A stretch of 64,000 nt of DNA from Octopus sinensis (Eukaryota), in the NCBI RefSeq assembly GCF_006345805.1, contig NC_043022.1, positions 16,988,001 to 17,052,000 of the forward strand, read 5' to 3'. Both the position numbers and the translations under genes were made by a program. Shown one piece after another: positions 10,889 through 24,121 of the stretch. The notes beneath the pieces were generated by a model that had not been told where the DNA came from, did not search any database, and worked only from the letters and a program-made list of their open reading frames with translations. How positions within the stretch are numbered: position 1 is the first letter of the stretch; the number at the start of each line of letters is the position of its first letter.

Positions 10889-13566
10889 CGTGTCTATAAA
10901 TACATACACACACACACATACACATGCACACACAAATTTTTACCAAACCTCTTGGTGTCAATAAAATATTTTCAACAGATGTCTCTGCTTCGCATAAAAT
11001 CGGTTATCTTCAATAAGTGGGAACTCTATCTTCATCTCTGCTGAACAGACTCCGTGCCATTACCCTATCTCACCAAGGTTGTTGACTTCTAACTAGGTCC
11101 ATGTGTTACTATAAACAAGCCTATATGTTCTGAGCAATGTGGAATGAACTATAATTAACAAGTGCTAATTATACGGTACTAGACTACAGGGCTTTATGTT
11201 CTTATTGGTCTGGAGATGGTAACTAGAATCCAATTTGATGTCTATCCTTTCTTGAAATCTTGTGAATTCTTCCTGCAGCCCCCACCTCACTCCACCCTGG
11301 AATTGCCAAGTGAGGCGTGTGAAAGGAATGGGGTTTTTTTTTGGGTTTTAATTCTGTGTAAACTTCCATGTCTTAGAATTGATATATTCAGTAGAATTTC
11401 TCAGGGAATTGGAAGACTTGTTTTGTCTTAAAATATTTTATAATTTAAATAGATTCCTTCATTTATGCATACACGCATGTACACACAACACGTGCACACA
11501 CACACAAGTGCAGGCGCTGTTGTGTGGTAAGAGATTTGCTTTCCAACTACATGGTCCTGGGTTCAATTCCATAGCATATCATCTTCTTGAGCAACTGTCA
11601 TTTTCTATAGCTTCAGGTCAACAAAAGCCTTGTGAGGGGATTTGGTAAATGGAAACTGAGAGAAGCCTGTTAGATATATATATATATATCTGTGCATGTG
11701 TGTCTTGTGTTTGTTCTCCCCCCCCCCCACCAATTGACAACTAGTGTTGATGTGTTTATGTTGCTGTAACTTAGCAGTTTGGCAAAAGAGACTGATAGAA
11801 TAAGTGCCAGGTTTGAAAAGAAAATAAGTACTGGGGTCAGTTACTTCAACTAAAACATTCCTGAAAGTGGTGCTCCAGCCTGGCCGCAGTGTCATGACAG
11901 AAACAAGCGAAAGGTAAAAAAAAACAACATGTTATTATTTTACTCTGGCATTCTGAGTTCAAATTCTGCCGAGGCCAACTTTGCCTTTCATCCATTGAGG
12001 ATGAATTAAGTACCAGTTGTGTGCTGGGGTCGATCTAATTGACTGTCCCTCTCCTGCCAAGTTTCAGACCTTGTGCCTCTAATAGAAAGGATTATCTCAC
12101 TCTGGCATGACGATACTAATAACCTGGTGTCCGCACTCTGTATACGTGTGTTTCAAAATGAAGTGTCAGTTAAGTGTAGAGCAGTTATAAGGAATTACAA
12201 GAACAAGAAATTATGCCAAGAGCTTCGTTAGTTTACATCTGTTTCTACTTTGAGATGCAATGCCCTTATTATTGAAGGCATGTGTTATCACAAGCTATAG
12301 CTTTATTGGAGCTTCAATAGCAAATTTCGTAATGCTTTTCTCTGTGTGTGTGTTTCCTCAAATAAAATTGTGCTTCATTTTTGAAGCTCCAGATACTCAA
12401 CCACTAGTGCTTGGTGTTACAACCATGAGTCTTATAGCAGAAACAACTGTAAGCTAGTGAAGTCCCTTACATGCCATAATTTCTTATTCCTTATTACTGC
12501 TCTCTACACAACTGATGCTTCATTCTGACGCCATATATATATGGCATTAGGAAGGGCATCCAACTGTAGAAACCCTGCCACAACAGGCAATGGAGTCTGG
12601 ACGGCTCCATGTCAAACTGTCCAACCCATGCCAGCAGGGAAAGCAGACATTAAATGATGATCTCACACACACACACGTATTTCATACATTTATATGTGTT
12701 TCTATATGAAATAGTTATTTATGCATCCTGAAATAGTTGTAGGTTAGTGTAGTCCCCCATAGATACTACTGGGATTTATTGAATCAACTTGAGAGTTATA
12801 GAACTGCTGCGAGAAGGGAGACGAAACTCAATAAAGTCCAGTATTTCGTAATCTCAGCGAGTGATAGCTCTATTCATCATACTAACACACACACACACGT
12901 ACAGCTTTGTGTGTGTGTGTGTGTACATAGTGAATGTGAAACGAGGCAGATGATGTAGCTATCCTTGTCTTCTCCTTACTCTTGTGCATTATCAAATTTC
13001 AGCATCTTTTTTTAACTGGAGCTTCAGTCAAGTGTGAAGAAAAATATTTTCTACTCATCATCACCTGTCTCTTTTGCCTGACATTTGTAATTCCTCTCCA
13101 GGATTGTAAAAAACTGAAGAGATGCTTGGTTCTGGATCCTTGTCTCTCACAGACGTATTTCACCATCAGCAACTTACAGTTTTTTTATTATCGGTGACCT
13201 ACACGTTCTTCTGTATGGGACATGTGCTCCCCGCTTAGTGATGGCATACCCTTCTCTTTCTTTATGCACCCCTATTTATCAGTAGATGTCTACCCCTGTT
13301 TATTTCTTACACAGTCACTACAATACATTCCTTGTTTATATGCCTATAAAATCTACTGGAGCCAGTCACACACACATCAAATTAATGTGAGTAGTGGGGT
13401 GCAATATAAGCTGTAATTGGGATTGCTTCTGCCACAAGCACATATATTGCTAGAAATAACAGTTAAACCACTTATATCTATGTAACTGTACATTTATATA
13501 TACTGACAGGGTAGGCAACTGCCCCATGAATGAAGCGAAACTAGCGATATATATATATGACACATA

Positions 13567-13752
13567 GGGTGGCGAGCTGGCAGAAACGTTAGCGCGCTGG
13601 GCGAAATGCTTCGCGGTATTTCGTCTGTCGTTATGTTCTGAGTTCAAATTCTGCTGAGGTCGACTTTGCCTTTCATCCTTTCGGGGTCGATATAATCGAC
13701 TTAATCCGTTTGTCCCTTCTATGCTTAGCCCCTTGTAGGTAGTAAAGAAATA
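13567..13752 (+). mobile_element. Young tRNA-derived SINE (family A) with target-site duplication
   Basis: A-box-like ggcgagctggcagaa and B-box-like gagttcaaattc; CpGs retained; flanked by gatatatatat(at)gacaca on both sides. Confidence 0.85.
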
Positions 13753-15674
13753 GATATATATATGACACACACATGCACATGCAGAGATTGCTATTATTAC
13801 TAGTATTTGGATAGAACCAGTTAAAGAAATCCAGAAGTTAGATTAGACATATACTCAAGTAGCATCTATTCCCAATCAACAGACTGGAAAAGAATTCAAT
13901 ACATTATTTGCTGGGCAACACCGGGTAGCAGGTCTACACTGTGTGTGTGTGTGTATATATATATGTATATGTATATGTAAGTATATATATGTATATGTAA
14001 GTATATATATATATATATATATGTAAGTATATCTATATATACTGTTGTAGCATCTGCACGCATACACACACACACACACTATTTTCCATTCATACTCCAG
14101 CATCAGATTTAAATACGCACCACTCCCCACCTCCTCCTCCCTTCACATGTGATGTTTTTAATGTGCAGCTGTCTCATACTTTTACACTGCGCACGCACAC
14201 ACACGCACGCACTTAAATCTCAACATATGCATGCATTCATGTATAGTACTTACACATCAGTGCACTCACACACACACACATTTCACCCTCCCCCGCTCTT
14301 CTGCTCGTCCCCCACCACCTACCCATGGCCACCCCCTTCTCCTCCCCACCCTCTCCTTAATCTGTTCTATGAACATGGTAGTGTTAGGAGGAGGAGGAGG
14401 AGGTGAGACTGATGGGGGGTGAGGCTTGTTAACAACTCTTTCTTTTGATCTGTTCTACACGAGTTTCTTCTGGTGCCAACTATTATTATTATTATTATTT
14501 ATGTTATTAATTTTTGTCCCATTTCACACACACAGATGTACATAAGCATACCCACAGATACACACACACAAATGTGCATACAAGCACATATATACATGTA
14601 CATACATTCTTGTATACAGACACACACATACGTACATAGACATACAAACAGACACACACATGCACATTCATGGAACTGTTCCACCATTACAATCAAGCTA
14701 CATAAAAAAAAAACATTAAATTTCCATTTTTACCTTTGTAAATTCCATTTATTTAACATATCAAGAGTTACACACACACATTTATACACCTTACACTAAA
14801 AGTGTTTATGAGTACCAAGTGTGTGTGTGTGTGTGTGTCTGCATAAAATAAAATTCTCCTCTTTATTTCCAATTTAACACGGAGATAATCTGATATTGAT
14901 ATTGTAATTTTTTGTTTAATATTTATTGATTTTTGACAATTTCAAATTATTGGATATCGTCTTTGAGGGAAAAACTGGCAGAAAGATCTCAGTTTAGAAT
15001 CTTAACTGATTTTGTTTTATTAGTCAATTAGTTGGTCATTACCACCACCACCACCACCACCATCATCATCATCTTCATAATCATCAACCCCGACACCTGG
15101 GAAACACAAGCATAAGACCACAATTTTTTGGGGGAGAGGGTAAGTCAGTTACATCGACCCTAGTGCTCAACTGGTACTGAATTTATCAACTCAGAAAGGA
15201 TGAAAGATAAAGTCGACCTCAGCAGAATTTGAACTCAGAACGTAAAGATAGACAAAATGTTGCTCAGCATGGTAACAATTCTGCCGGCTTGCCACCTTAA
15301 TAATAATAATAATCACCACCATCGTCGTCATCATAAATTTATATTTTTATTATTATTTGAGTTTAGCTTAAGGCAAAGGCTGACAGAATCATTGTCTCAC
15401 TGGGCAAAATGCTTTTCTTCTTGTTCTTTACGTTCTGAGTTCAAATGCAGCCGAGGTTGGCTTTGCCTTTCATCCTTTTGGGAGAGAGGTTGATAAAATA
15501 AGTACCAAAAATTAGAAAAAATTATTATAATTTACTGACCTTGAAGGTAGAAGTTTTACTCTAACCCTCGCCCTTGCTGCTTCTCCAAAACTTTGTCCAG
15601 TTCTTCACCAGTTTTCTATGCTCTCAGAACACTCCTTCTCACACAGACATTTATTCTCTGCGTTTAATCGTGTG

Positions 15675-16000
15675 TGTGTGAAGGTGCTTGGCTTAGTGGT
15701 CAGGGTGTTCAGCTCACAACTGCAAGGTTGTGAGTTCAATACCCAGCAGCACATTATGCCCTTGAGCAAGACACTTTATTGCTCCAGTCCATTCAGCTCA
15801 ATCAAAAATGAGTCATACCTGTAATTCAAAGGGGTCCAGCCAGCCTTGTCACATTCTTTGTCACATTGAATCTCCCTGAGAACATGTCTGTGGAGCACTC
15901 AGCCACTTGTATGTTAATTTCACAAGCAGGCTGTTCTGTTGATCGGATCAAATGGAACCCTTATCACCATAACCAGCTGAGTGTTCCAGTTAATCGTAGC
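15675..16000 (+). mobile_element. tRNA-head SINE (family B) with cccttgagcaagacactt core
   Basis: ggcttagtggtcagggtg...gagttcaatacc head. Related copies at about 42780-43050, 44925-45130 and 53990-54190. Confidence 0.7.
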
Positions 16001-16369
16001 TTCTACACATGTACACCCATCCGTTTTTCACATATATATACACACCCATATATATACACACTGACACACACACATATACACAAGATATTTTATATGCATA
16101 ATTTTAACTGCACCCCCTCTCCCATGTCTTTAATGTGCAGCTGGCTTGCACTGCAACACTGCACATAAACCCATATGTGTGCATAGTGCTGCTTACACAT
16201 GCATATGCATCTGTATGCATTTCCCCTCCCCTCAACCCAATCCCAGCTGCCATCTGTTCCGTCTTTATAACCAACAATCCAAACACAACATAAATTCTGC
16301 GAAACTCATTCATTCGAGCCAGTCCCACAACGTGGCAGGTGGGTGCTTGCGATGATGATGATGATGATA

Positions 16370-16569
16370 ATAGTAATAGTTTCAAATTTTGCTACAAGGG
16401 CAAATTGATTAAATTGACCCCAGTGCATAACTGGTACTTATTTAATCGACCCCGAAAGGATGAAAGGCAAAGTCGACCTTAGTGGAATTTGAACTCAGAA
16501 CGTAAAGACAAATGAAATGCTGATAAGCATTTCGCCCAGCATGCTAACGGTTCTGCCAGCTCACCCACC

Positions 16570-16603
<34 letters not shown>

Positions 16604-17200
16604 TAATAATAATCCTTTCTACTATAGGCACAAGGCCTGAAATTGTGGGGAAGGGGAGTAGTTGATTACATCGACCCCCAGTGTTTCACTGGTACTTGAT
16701 TTATCGACCCCAAAAGGATGAAAGGCAAAGTTGACCTCAGCAGAATTTGAACTCAGAACATAGCGACGGGAGAAATACCACTAAGCATTTTGTCCAGTGT
16801 GCTAACGATTCCACCAGCTTGCCACCTTAATAATAATAATGGTTTCAAAGTTTGGTTCAAGGCCAGTAATTTCAAGGGAGGGAGTAAGTCACTGGTATTT
16901 ATTTTATCAACCCCGAAAAGATGAAAGGCAAAGTGGTTTTCAGGTGTGTGTGTGGGGGGGGGGGGGGATAATGATAATAGACTTCTTATAGGCACAAGGC
17001 CTGAAATGTTTTAGGGGCGGGGTGGATAGTTGATTACATCAGCCCCAGCAGTCAACTGGTACTACTTTTATTGACCCCCAAAAAGATGAAAGGCAAAGTC
17101 AACCTTGATGGAATTTGAACTCAGAATATAAAAATGGATGAAATGCTGCTAAGCATTTCATATGGCATGCTTATGATTCTGCCAGATTGTCGCCTTAATA
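16370..17200 (-). mobile_element. Stack of about four family-A SINEs separated by (AAT)n
   Basis: Repeated ggtactt...gaccc...aggatgaaaggcaaagt...gaatttgaactcagaac blocks, all in minus orientation, bounded by AAT/GAT runs. Confidence 0.8.
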
Positions 17201-18038
17201 ATAATAATAACAACAACAGATGCTACATTTCCTCTTCATCTGACTAATGGCAAGAAATGGTGGTGGGGGTGGAAGAATTCATTTCATGACAGCTCCCAGG
17301 CTTAGCTACTCCTTTACATCAGCTACACTGGACGTCTCCTCTTTTAGGCTTGTCTGTGACTCTACAGAACAACTTGGGCACCCGTGGTTTACCCTGAGTA
17401 CATTGTATGCAAGTTTCACCTAATTCTTTACTGCAGATCAACCATTTCTCAGATGCAAGTAGAACTCTGTCATTTAGAAAATTTCTAAAAGATTTATATT
17501 TGCTAATCTTACTCTGAGGCCCCCCCCCCTAGTTTTTTCTTCTTCCCCATATGACATTTCTTTTCAAATTCTTCACCTGCCTCAGCTATCAAAATTAGTT
17601 CACCTGCATAACAGGTGTTCTCACACACAGCTGGTTTTGAACTCATCTGTTATGTCCTGGAGAACCATAACATGGTTTTCCTTTTTGTCGAACTTCCAGC
17701 TCAGATATAAACAAAGAAATAATATTTGTATGTATAATATAAATAAAATATATGTATGTATAATATATATGATATACATATATATATATATATGGATGTA
17801 TAATATATATAAAATATGTATGTATAATAGATATGATATACATATATGTATGTATAATATATATAAAATATTGGTAAAACTAATTAATATTAAAAAAGGG
17901 AAACACAATATTTTCAATAGCAAAGATCGTTACCGAATTCAATATAATTGTGAAATTTCTTTAAACTTGTTTTTCTTCTTGTTTGTTTGTAGTTTGTACT
18001 GTACGACTTGGATTTGTCTACTGACCTTGAGTCTGGAC

Positions 18039-18200
18039 ATGGCGACTGAGGTGGTTACCAATATTGAGGATGAGGCTTACGAGCCGCAAACCTACGATGA
18101 GGCTTTTCCTGCCCTTCTCTCAGACAAGAATGACTTGCCAGCTACCAATGCCTCCCATGGAGAGAATAAATTTGCACGACGCTGTACCAAAACAACACAG
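18039..18200 (+). CDS. HDLBP: Vigilin coding exon 1 (exon starts at 17993, 46 nt UTR): MATEVVTNIEDEAYEPQTYDEAFPALL...KTTQ
   Basis: Acceptor ttgtag at 17992; gacATGg Kozak; PxTYxxAFPxL motif of vigilin; donor CAG|gtgaga. Confidence 0.9.
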
Positions 18201-18344
18201 GTGAGACGAGACATGTCCTGCTTCTTCTCTTTTATTCTTCAGCCTTTCCTGTGTCGTAGGGAATTCATCAGCTTCTGAGAGAATGTCCTGTGGAGTTGAC
18301 CCTCAAGAATTCTCTCGATCTTGGGTGTATGAGTGCCTGTTTAA

Positions 18345-18705
18345 TAAGAAGTTGGCTTCCCAACCACATGGTTCTGAGTTCAATCCCACTGCATGGCACC
18401 CTGGGCGAGTGTCTTCTACTTTGGCCAACCAAAGCCTTGTGAGTGGATTTGGTAGACAGAAACCGAAAGAAGCCCATTGTATATATGTGTGTAGGTTTGT
18501 GTTTGTCCCCCTCCCCACCACCACTTGACAACTAGTGTTAGTTTGTTTATGTCCCCATAACTTAGCTGTTCAGCAAAAGAGACCGATAGAATAAGTACCA
18601 GGCTAGAAAAAGATCTCCTGGGTTTGATTCATTTGACTAAAAATTCCTCGAGGCAGTGCTCCAGCATGGCCACAATCAAATGACTGAAACAACCAAAAGA
18701 TAAAA
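18345..18705 (+). mobile_element. tRNA-head SINE (family C)
   Basis: cttcccaaccacatggttc...gggc(g/a)agtgtcttctact...gccttgtgagtggatttggtagac...gctccagcatggcc...tgactgaaac. Other copies at about 10540-10850, 11515-11915 and 32720-32875 (+), and 2225-2400, 28690-29070, 31615-31765 and 46225-46350 (-). Confidence 0.8.
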
Positions 18706-19618
18706 GTTCTCTTGTAATGTGGAATTGGTAAACTCTAAATTGTATTGAGTTGGCACCACTGAAGACTTTGTCTAACCTGGATGAGAGCCGAAACTTCTAA
18801 AGCTTTGAACCATTGACCAATTAACAAACAACTTTAATTGACCTGGCTCTAATTTATTCATTCCATCATCACCAACCTCAGTAATTCTCCTGGTTCTTCC
18901 GAATCTGTTCAGTCGAAGTTCCTTGGTTGCATTTCCCATTTTCTCTTCCGGGACTTTGTACTGCAGTGACAGGGTTTGAACTCACAATCGCTTCCAAGTC
19001 TTTGTTGAAGTTGGCTCTCTCAAGTCTGAGCCCGATAACATGATTGGTGTTGTCTAATAGTCCTTAATATGTGCACCACTTGTACCTTACTTTGTGTGCA
19101 GATGTACACTGGTGCAGATATGGCTGTGGTGGAGAAATCCGTTTTTCAGTCAGTTCAGTCCACTGTGTGACACCTTGGGCAAGCGGTTGGTGTTAGGAAG
19201 AGTACCCAGCTGTAGAAACCATGTTGAAGTTGACACTGGATCTTGGCGTCACCAGATCCTGTCAAACCATCTAACCCATGCCAGTATTGGTGCCACATAA
19301 GAAGTACCCTTGCTGGTGCCACTTACAAAGCACCGGTGCTGGTGCCAAGTAAGAAGTGCCACATCTGAAGTACCTGTGCTGGTGTCACGTAAAAAGCACC
19401 CATCCCATTCTGTTATGTGGATGGCAATAGGAAGGGTATCCAGTCTTAGAACCCATGCCAAAGCAGATGCCTTGGAACCTGCTCCAGCCAAACCGTCCAA
19501 CCCATGCCAGCATGGAAAACAGGCCTTAAATGCTGCTGCTGATGTTGTATGTATGTATTTTTACTTTGTTCCTTTGAAATAGTTCCATTTCTTAACTCTT
19601 TCTGCTCTTCTTTTTCAG

Positions 19619-19727
19619 ATTTTCACCGTTCCTCTTGAAGAGAGGCGTTTTAAGGAGATCAATGAACACAGTTTTGGAGAGGAAGGTGAACAGGCCAAGA
19701 TCTGCCGTGATATTATGCAAAAAACTG
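19619..19727 (+). CDS. HDLBP: Vigilin coding exon 2: IFTVPLEERRFKEINEHSFGEEGEQAKICRDIMQKTG
   Basis: Matches human VFHVPLEERKYK...GEGEQAKICLEIMQRTG; tttcag acceptor, G|gtgagt donor (phase 1). Confidence 0.96.
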
Positions 19728-20130
19728 GTGAGTTGGGCCCCAAAAGTCAGTCACTTCAAGCAGATCCAGCATAAAAAAGGCTCCCTGATTGTGATCCCCC
19801 CCTGTGTCTTTGTTTTTACCTTCCTAAATGTATCTGGGATTACATTATCTAATGTGTCATTCATTTTTGAAGACAACATGTATGACTTGAATTATATTTA
19901 GGTAGAGGCATGATGGAGGGTTGGTTTAGAAGTTTGCTTCCCAGTCATGTGGTTTCAGGTTCAATTCCATTGTGCAACACCTAACAAAGGCCAAAGTTAA
20001 TGTAATGCAACTTTGTGGTTCACCTTGACAGTATATTGGAAATAAAAGTACATACAACCAGGATGAACTTGCGAGGATGCCCCTGTGGCCACTCAGCCTG
20101 CTAGAAATAGCAGCTACATATCTTCAAAAT

Positions 20131-20631
20131 TACCGTAAATCCTCGAGTATAGTCCACCCTTGAGTATAATACGCAGAGGATTTTTAGGGGGCTGTACCTC
20201 TGAAAAACCTAAACCTTGTGTATAATACGCACCCCTTCTCTAACTTCAGTCAAGGAGTTCTGTATAATGTCCTTGGTTTGTAAAAATGTATACGCTAACG
20301 TCCTTTATTATTATTGTATATATAACAATGCAAACGTGTAGCTTTTTTGTGCATTTTGTTTCCAGAAAATAAAGAAATAACAGTAATAATGTTTAATAAA
20401 TGTTGCTTACTGCAAGTTATGGATGATTCTTTTATGACTTCATTGCTTTCAGGCTTAGCTTAAGGGATTTTCGTGCCCGACATCACAAAATGCGTCTGAA
20501 TAAACATTGCCGAACAGCAAATAGAAACTCGGACATTGCTTAGAAAATATTTTTCATTTTTAACTTCGTATATAGTACGCACTAGGGATTTTGACCTTTA
20601 AATTTTGGGGGGGAAATGAGGATTTACGGTA
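20131..20631. mobile_element. TA-flanked MITE (Tc1/mariner-superfamily-like)
   Basis: ta-CCGTAAATCCTC ... GAGGATTTACGG-ta: perfect 12-bp TIR plus TA TSD, no ORF. Confidence 0.8.
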
Positions 20632-20643
20632 TTCTATATTGCC

Positions 20644-20872
20644 TTAACCCTTTAGCATTTAAACCGGCCATATCCGGCCAAAAGTATTCTGCCTGTTTTA
20701 TGTTCAAACTGGCCAGATCTGGTCTCTCACACCAACCCTACACTATCGTTTTAAAAATTAACAGCTATCTCATCAAAATCTCAAAGCTACAAGATAATGC
20801 ATGATTAGTTCAAAACAAAGTGGATGGAAAAGCATTAATTTTGGTAGAATAATGCGGACACTAAAGGGTTAA
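20644..20872. mobile_element. TTAA-flanked MITE (piggyBac-like ends)
   Basis: ttaa-CCCTTTAG ... CTAAAGGG-ttaa. Related copies at 33997-34223, about 34250-34421, 36760-36955, 56294-56477 and 56497-56717. Confidence 0.75.
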
Positions 20873-21414
20873 AAGGAAAGCAAGAACATATTATGCATTT
20901 TAGTTCCAGATATATAAAAAGACATGGTGGTCATGGCTGGAATTCATTTGATTGCTATGCTTAGACAGTCAGGCCTGACCTGATGCTGTACAACATCACC
21001 ATTTTACAATGGAGTCTCTGTTATGATTTTCCATCACTGAAGTAGCTTTCTGATAGGAGGTACTCTGAGTTACTTGTCTGAGAGAGGACTCAGTACTGAT
21101 AGGCTCAGGCAGGGATGTGTGGTCAAGCAGCTTGCCTTCCAACCATGGGTTCAATCTACCAAATCCCCTCAAGGCTTTGGTTGACCTGGAGCTATAGCAG
21201 AAGACACTTGACTAAGAGACTCTGGAACCTAGCGGCCCCTGGCTTTACCAGCTCCTGTCAAGCCATCTGACCCATACCAGCTTCTCTTTCCCTCATCCAT
21301 GTCACTGACATCTCACGTACCCAGCAGCCTTGCCCCATTCTTTTTATTCATCTTTAAATGTATTTAATATTTTCGTTGTATTGTTTTTTTATTTATTTTC
21401 CTCACCTGTTCCAG

Positions 21415-21530
21415 GTGTATCCATTGAGATGAGTTTGGCTAAAGATCAAAGTTTGACTGTTGTCATCAGTGGAAAACCTGATGATGTCATGAAAGCCCGT
21501 CGTGAAGTAGTTTCGGAACTGCAAACACAG
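21415..21530 (+). CDS. HDLBP: Vigilin coding exon 3: VSIEMSLAKDQSLTVVISGKPDDVMKARREVVSELQTQ
   Basis: Matches human LSLAKDQGLSIMVSGKLDAVMKARKDIVARLQTQ; ccag / gtacac. Confidence 0.96.
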
Positions 21531-23053
21531 GTACACACAAAACATTGCTTGCTTCTTCCTTCCACCTGTAATTGTTCAGCTTAAATTAGTCTCATTAAAT
21601 ATCTAACTGTTTTATTATAGTTATTGATTAGTTTAGCCTTGTTAAGCATAATGATCTGCATATTTATTCTTAATTATATTCTGGTATATTCAAACACAAA
21701 TATGCTAATCGTTGTTGTGCATGTCACAGGAAAACTATTTCTCATTTTTACAACATTGTGTTTGTAACTCACTCGATTCGTTGGTGCAAAGATTTCTGGA
21801 AGTATTATTGTTTGATTGTAGTTGTTAATTAATTTAATCTCATTAAATATTTAAATGTTTGAAATGAGTAAATATAAATTATAATTTTCTAGAATATTAA
21901 CTTTAACTTTGGATATGGATATTATTTTATATTTACATTTCTCTACCATCAAGGTTGTGTGTGTTTGTATGCATACATATATTTGTATATATATACACAC
22001 ACACACAAGTGTTGTAGAATGGAGTAGATAAGATCCAGGCTACATATGTTTCATAGTGAGCAGAACTTCAGAAGTGGTAAATATCCAAGCGAGGCGTATA
22101 CTGATGGCTACTCTTCAGGCCAAGGACGTCTTGATTAAATGAAAGTTTACATTGTCACAAGGAGGTACATGTTAACATGTGGAGAAGTTAGTTAGAGTGT
22201 GTAGAGAGCACGGTAGGAGAGGAGGATATATAAACATAGAGGTTTTATATATACATATATTTCATCATCACTTAACGTCTGTTTTCCATGCTAGCATGGG
22301 TTGGACAGTTCGACCAGGGTCTGGGAAGCCATGAGTCTGCACCAGGCTCCAGTCTGATCTGGCAGTCTTTCTACAGCTGGATGCCCTTCCTAACGCCAAC
22401 CACTCCATGTTTTATATATATATATATAATAACGTGTATATATAGAGAGAGAGGTTTGGTAATGCAAACAGGGAAAAATAGAACTCAAAACCTGAGTGTG
22501 TATATATATATATATATATTCTATTAATATATAGCAGAAGTATCAGAGTGACTCAGGGGTCGAGAGTTTTGTGTGTTAGTTTGGTAAGTGCTAATACACA
22601 AAACACTTGGTCATTGTGTTACTCTGTTATATATATATATATATATATAAACGATGATGATGATGATGATATATATAGCAAAATGGGTCATGAAACAAAA
22701 GAAATTGTTGAGAGACCCTTTTGAAGATGTAAATAGAAAACCTACCCCATCTTTGTCACAATTCCATATCCATTTGTCTCTCATTAGTTAATTATTGAGC
22801 TACAGTTTTAAAGCAACAGTTTCTCTCTCACCCCTACCTTTACCTTATTGTTCTGTTTCTAAGCTATTAGCTAATTATTGGTAATATATTTTTCATTTAT
22901 TCCTTCAAGCTAAATCATTCACTCGGCTGCTAGCTAAGGACACATACCAATGTCTAGTTTGTCTGTCATTAGATCCATTTGTTTGTTTTGTATTGAAATT
23001 GACAGACAATTATGTCGTTGGTTACAAGGTTCTTTGAGTCAATTGTCAAACTC

Positions 23054-23283
23054 TATGTAAATTAATTACTACTCCTCATTAATGCATCAAGCACTGACAT
23101 ATGTAAATTTATTACTACTTCTTGTTAATACACCAAACAAAATACTGCATGCATAAATTGTTACTCCTCATTAGTTCATTAAACATTTACCTATGCTAAT
23201 TAGTTGCTACTCCTTGTTGATGAATCAAACACAGACATATGTAAATTATTTGTTCCTCCTCCTTAATTAGGCACACACCAACA
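23054..23283. repeat. 46-bp degenerate minisatellite, 5 copies
   Basis: tatgtaaatt at 23054, 23100 and 23238 (4 x 46 apart), with tactcctcatta-like cores in between. Confidence 0.75.
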
Positions 23284-23324
23284 CAGGCATCAATTTCAAT
23301 TAGTTTTTCTCCTTCATGTTTTAG

Positions 23325-23528
23325 GCAAGTTATGCAATTAAAATTCCTAAAGAACACCATCGATTTATTTTGGGGAAAAATGGAAAGAAATTGCAGGAAC
23401 TTGAGCTGAACACTGCCACAAAGATTATAATCCCTCGCGCTGATAACACAGACATCATTCGTATTGTTGGCACAAAAGAAGGTGTCGAGAAAGCCCGCCA
23501 TGAAATACAGTGCACTTCAGACGAACAG
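23325..23528 (+). CDS. HDLBP: Vigilin coding exon 4 (KH, GKNG): ASYAIKIPKEHHRFILGKNGKK...EQ
   Basis: IPKEHHRF.GKNG motif as in human; ttag / gtatgt; 204 nt. Confidence 0.97.
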
Positions 23529-23690
23529 GTATGTCAAGACATTTTGCTTCTTTTTCATTGCATCGCAGAAAACTGAACTCAAACTCAACCCTTTTGTAGC
23601 AATATTTCTCATGAAATACATCATCTAGGTTTTAATTTAGAGAAATAATCAAGAATTTGGAGGAATTTACTAGAGTAATGAACTTCATAA

Positions 23691-23920
23691 TTAACCCTTT
23701 CGATACCAACCTGGCTGAAACTGCCACTGGCGCTGTAGTACAAATGTCTTGTTTTCATAAGTTTTGAATGAAAATCTTCCACCAAACCTTAGTCACAATT
23801 TTTGTTCCTAATACCAACTTAATGATAACTAAGTTGTTTTACTAAATTCTTTGTTATATTTAAAATTAATTGAAAGAAACAGAGAGCATCTCAAAATAAA
23901 TACAGTAGCAAAAGGGTTAA
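23691..23920. mobile_element. Second TTAA-flanked MITE family
   Basis: ttaa-CCCTTTCGATAC ... GTAGCAAAAGGG-ttaa; different internal sequence from 20644; a degraded relative at about 57610-57835. Confidence 0.7.
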
Positions 23921-24121
23921 GCTGGTTTTTCAAAGATATTTCAACAAATGGTTCTTATAAAGAATTACGATGAAAGAACTTCTTACCTGTATGCTGATAT
24001 CTGAATACATACCTGTATATATTTCTTTCACTTGGACTATAATGTATGTTTGTTTATATTTGCTTCTTTTACTGTTGTTTACACACGTTTTATTTTTTTT
24101 CCTTTGTCGTTGTCTTTAAAG

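Noticed and set aside
13567-13660. tRNA gene (A- and B-box motifs; also other SINE heads)
   Set aside because: No complete cloverleaf; it continues into a SINE body present in many copies.
17637-18038. N-terminal extension of the 213-aa ORF upstream of the vigilin ATG
   Set aside because: It runs through a TA-rich microsatellite and across a clear acceptor at 17992; homology begins only after ATG 18039.
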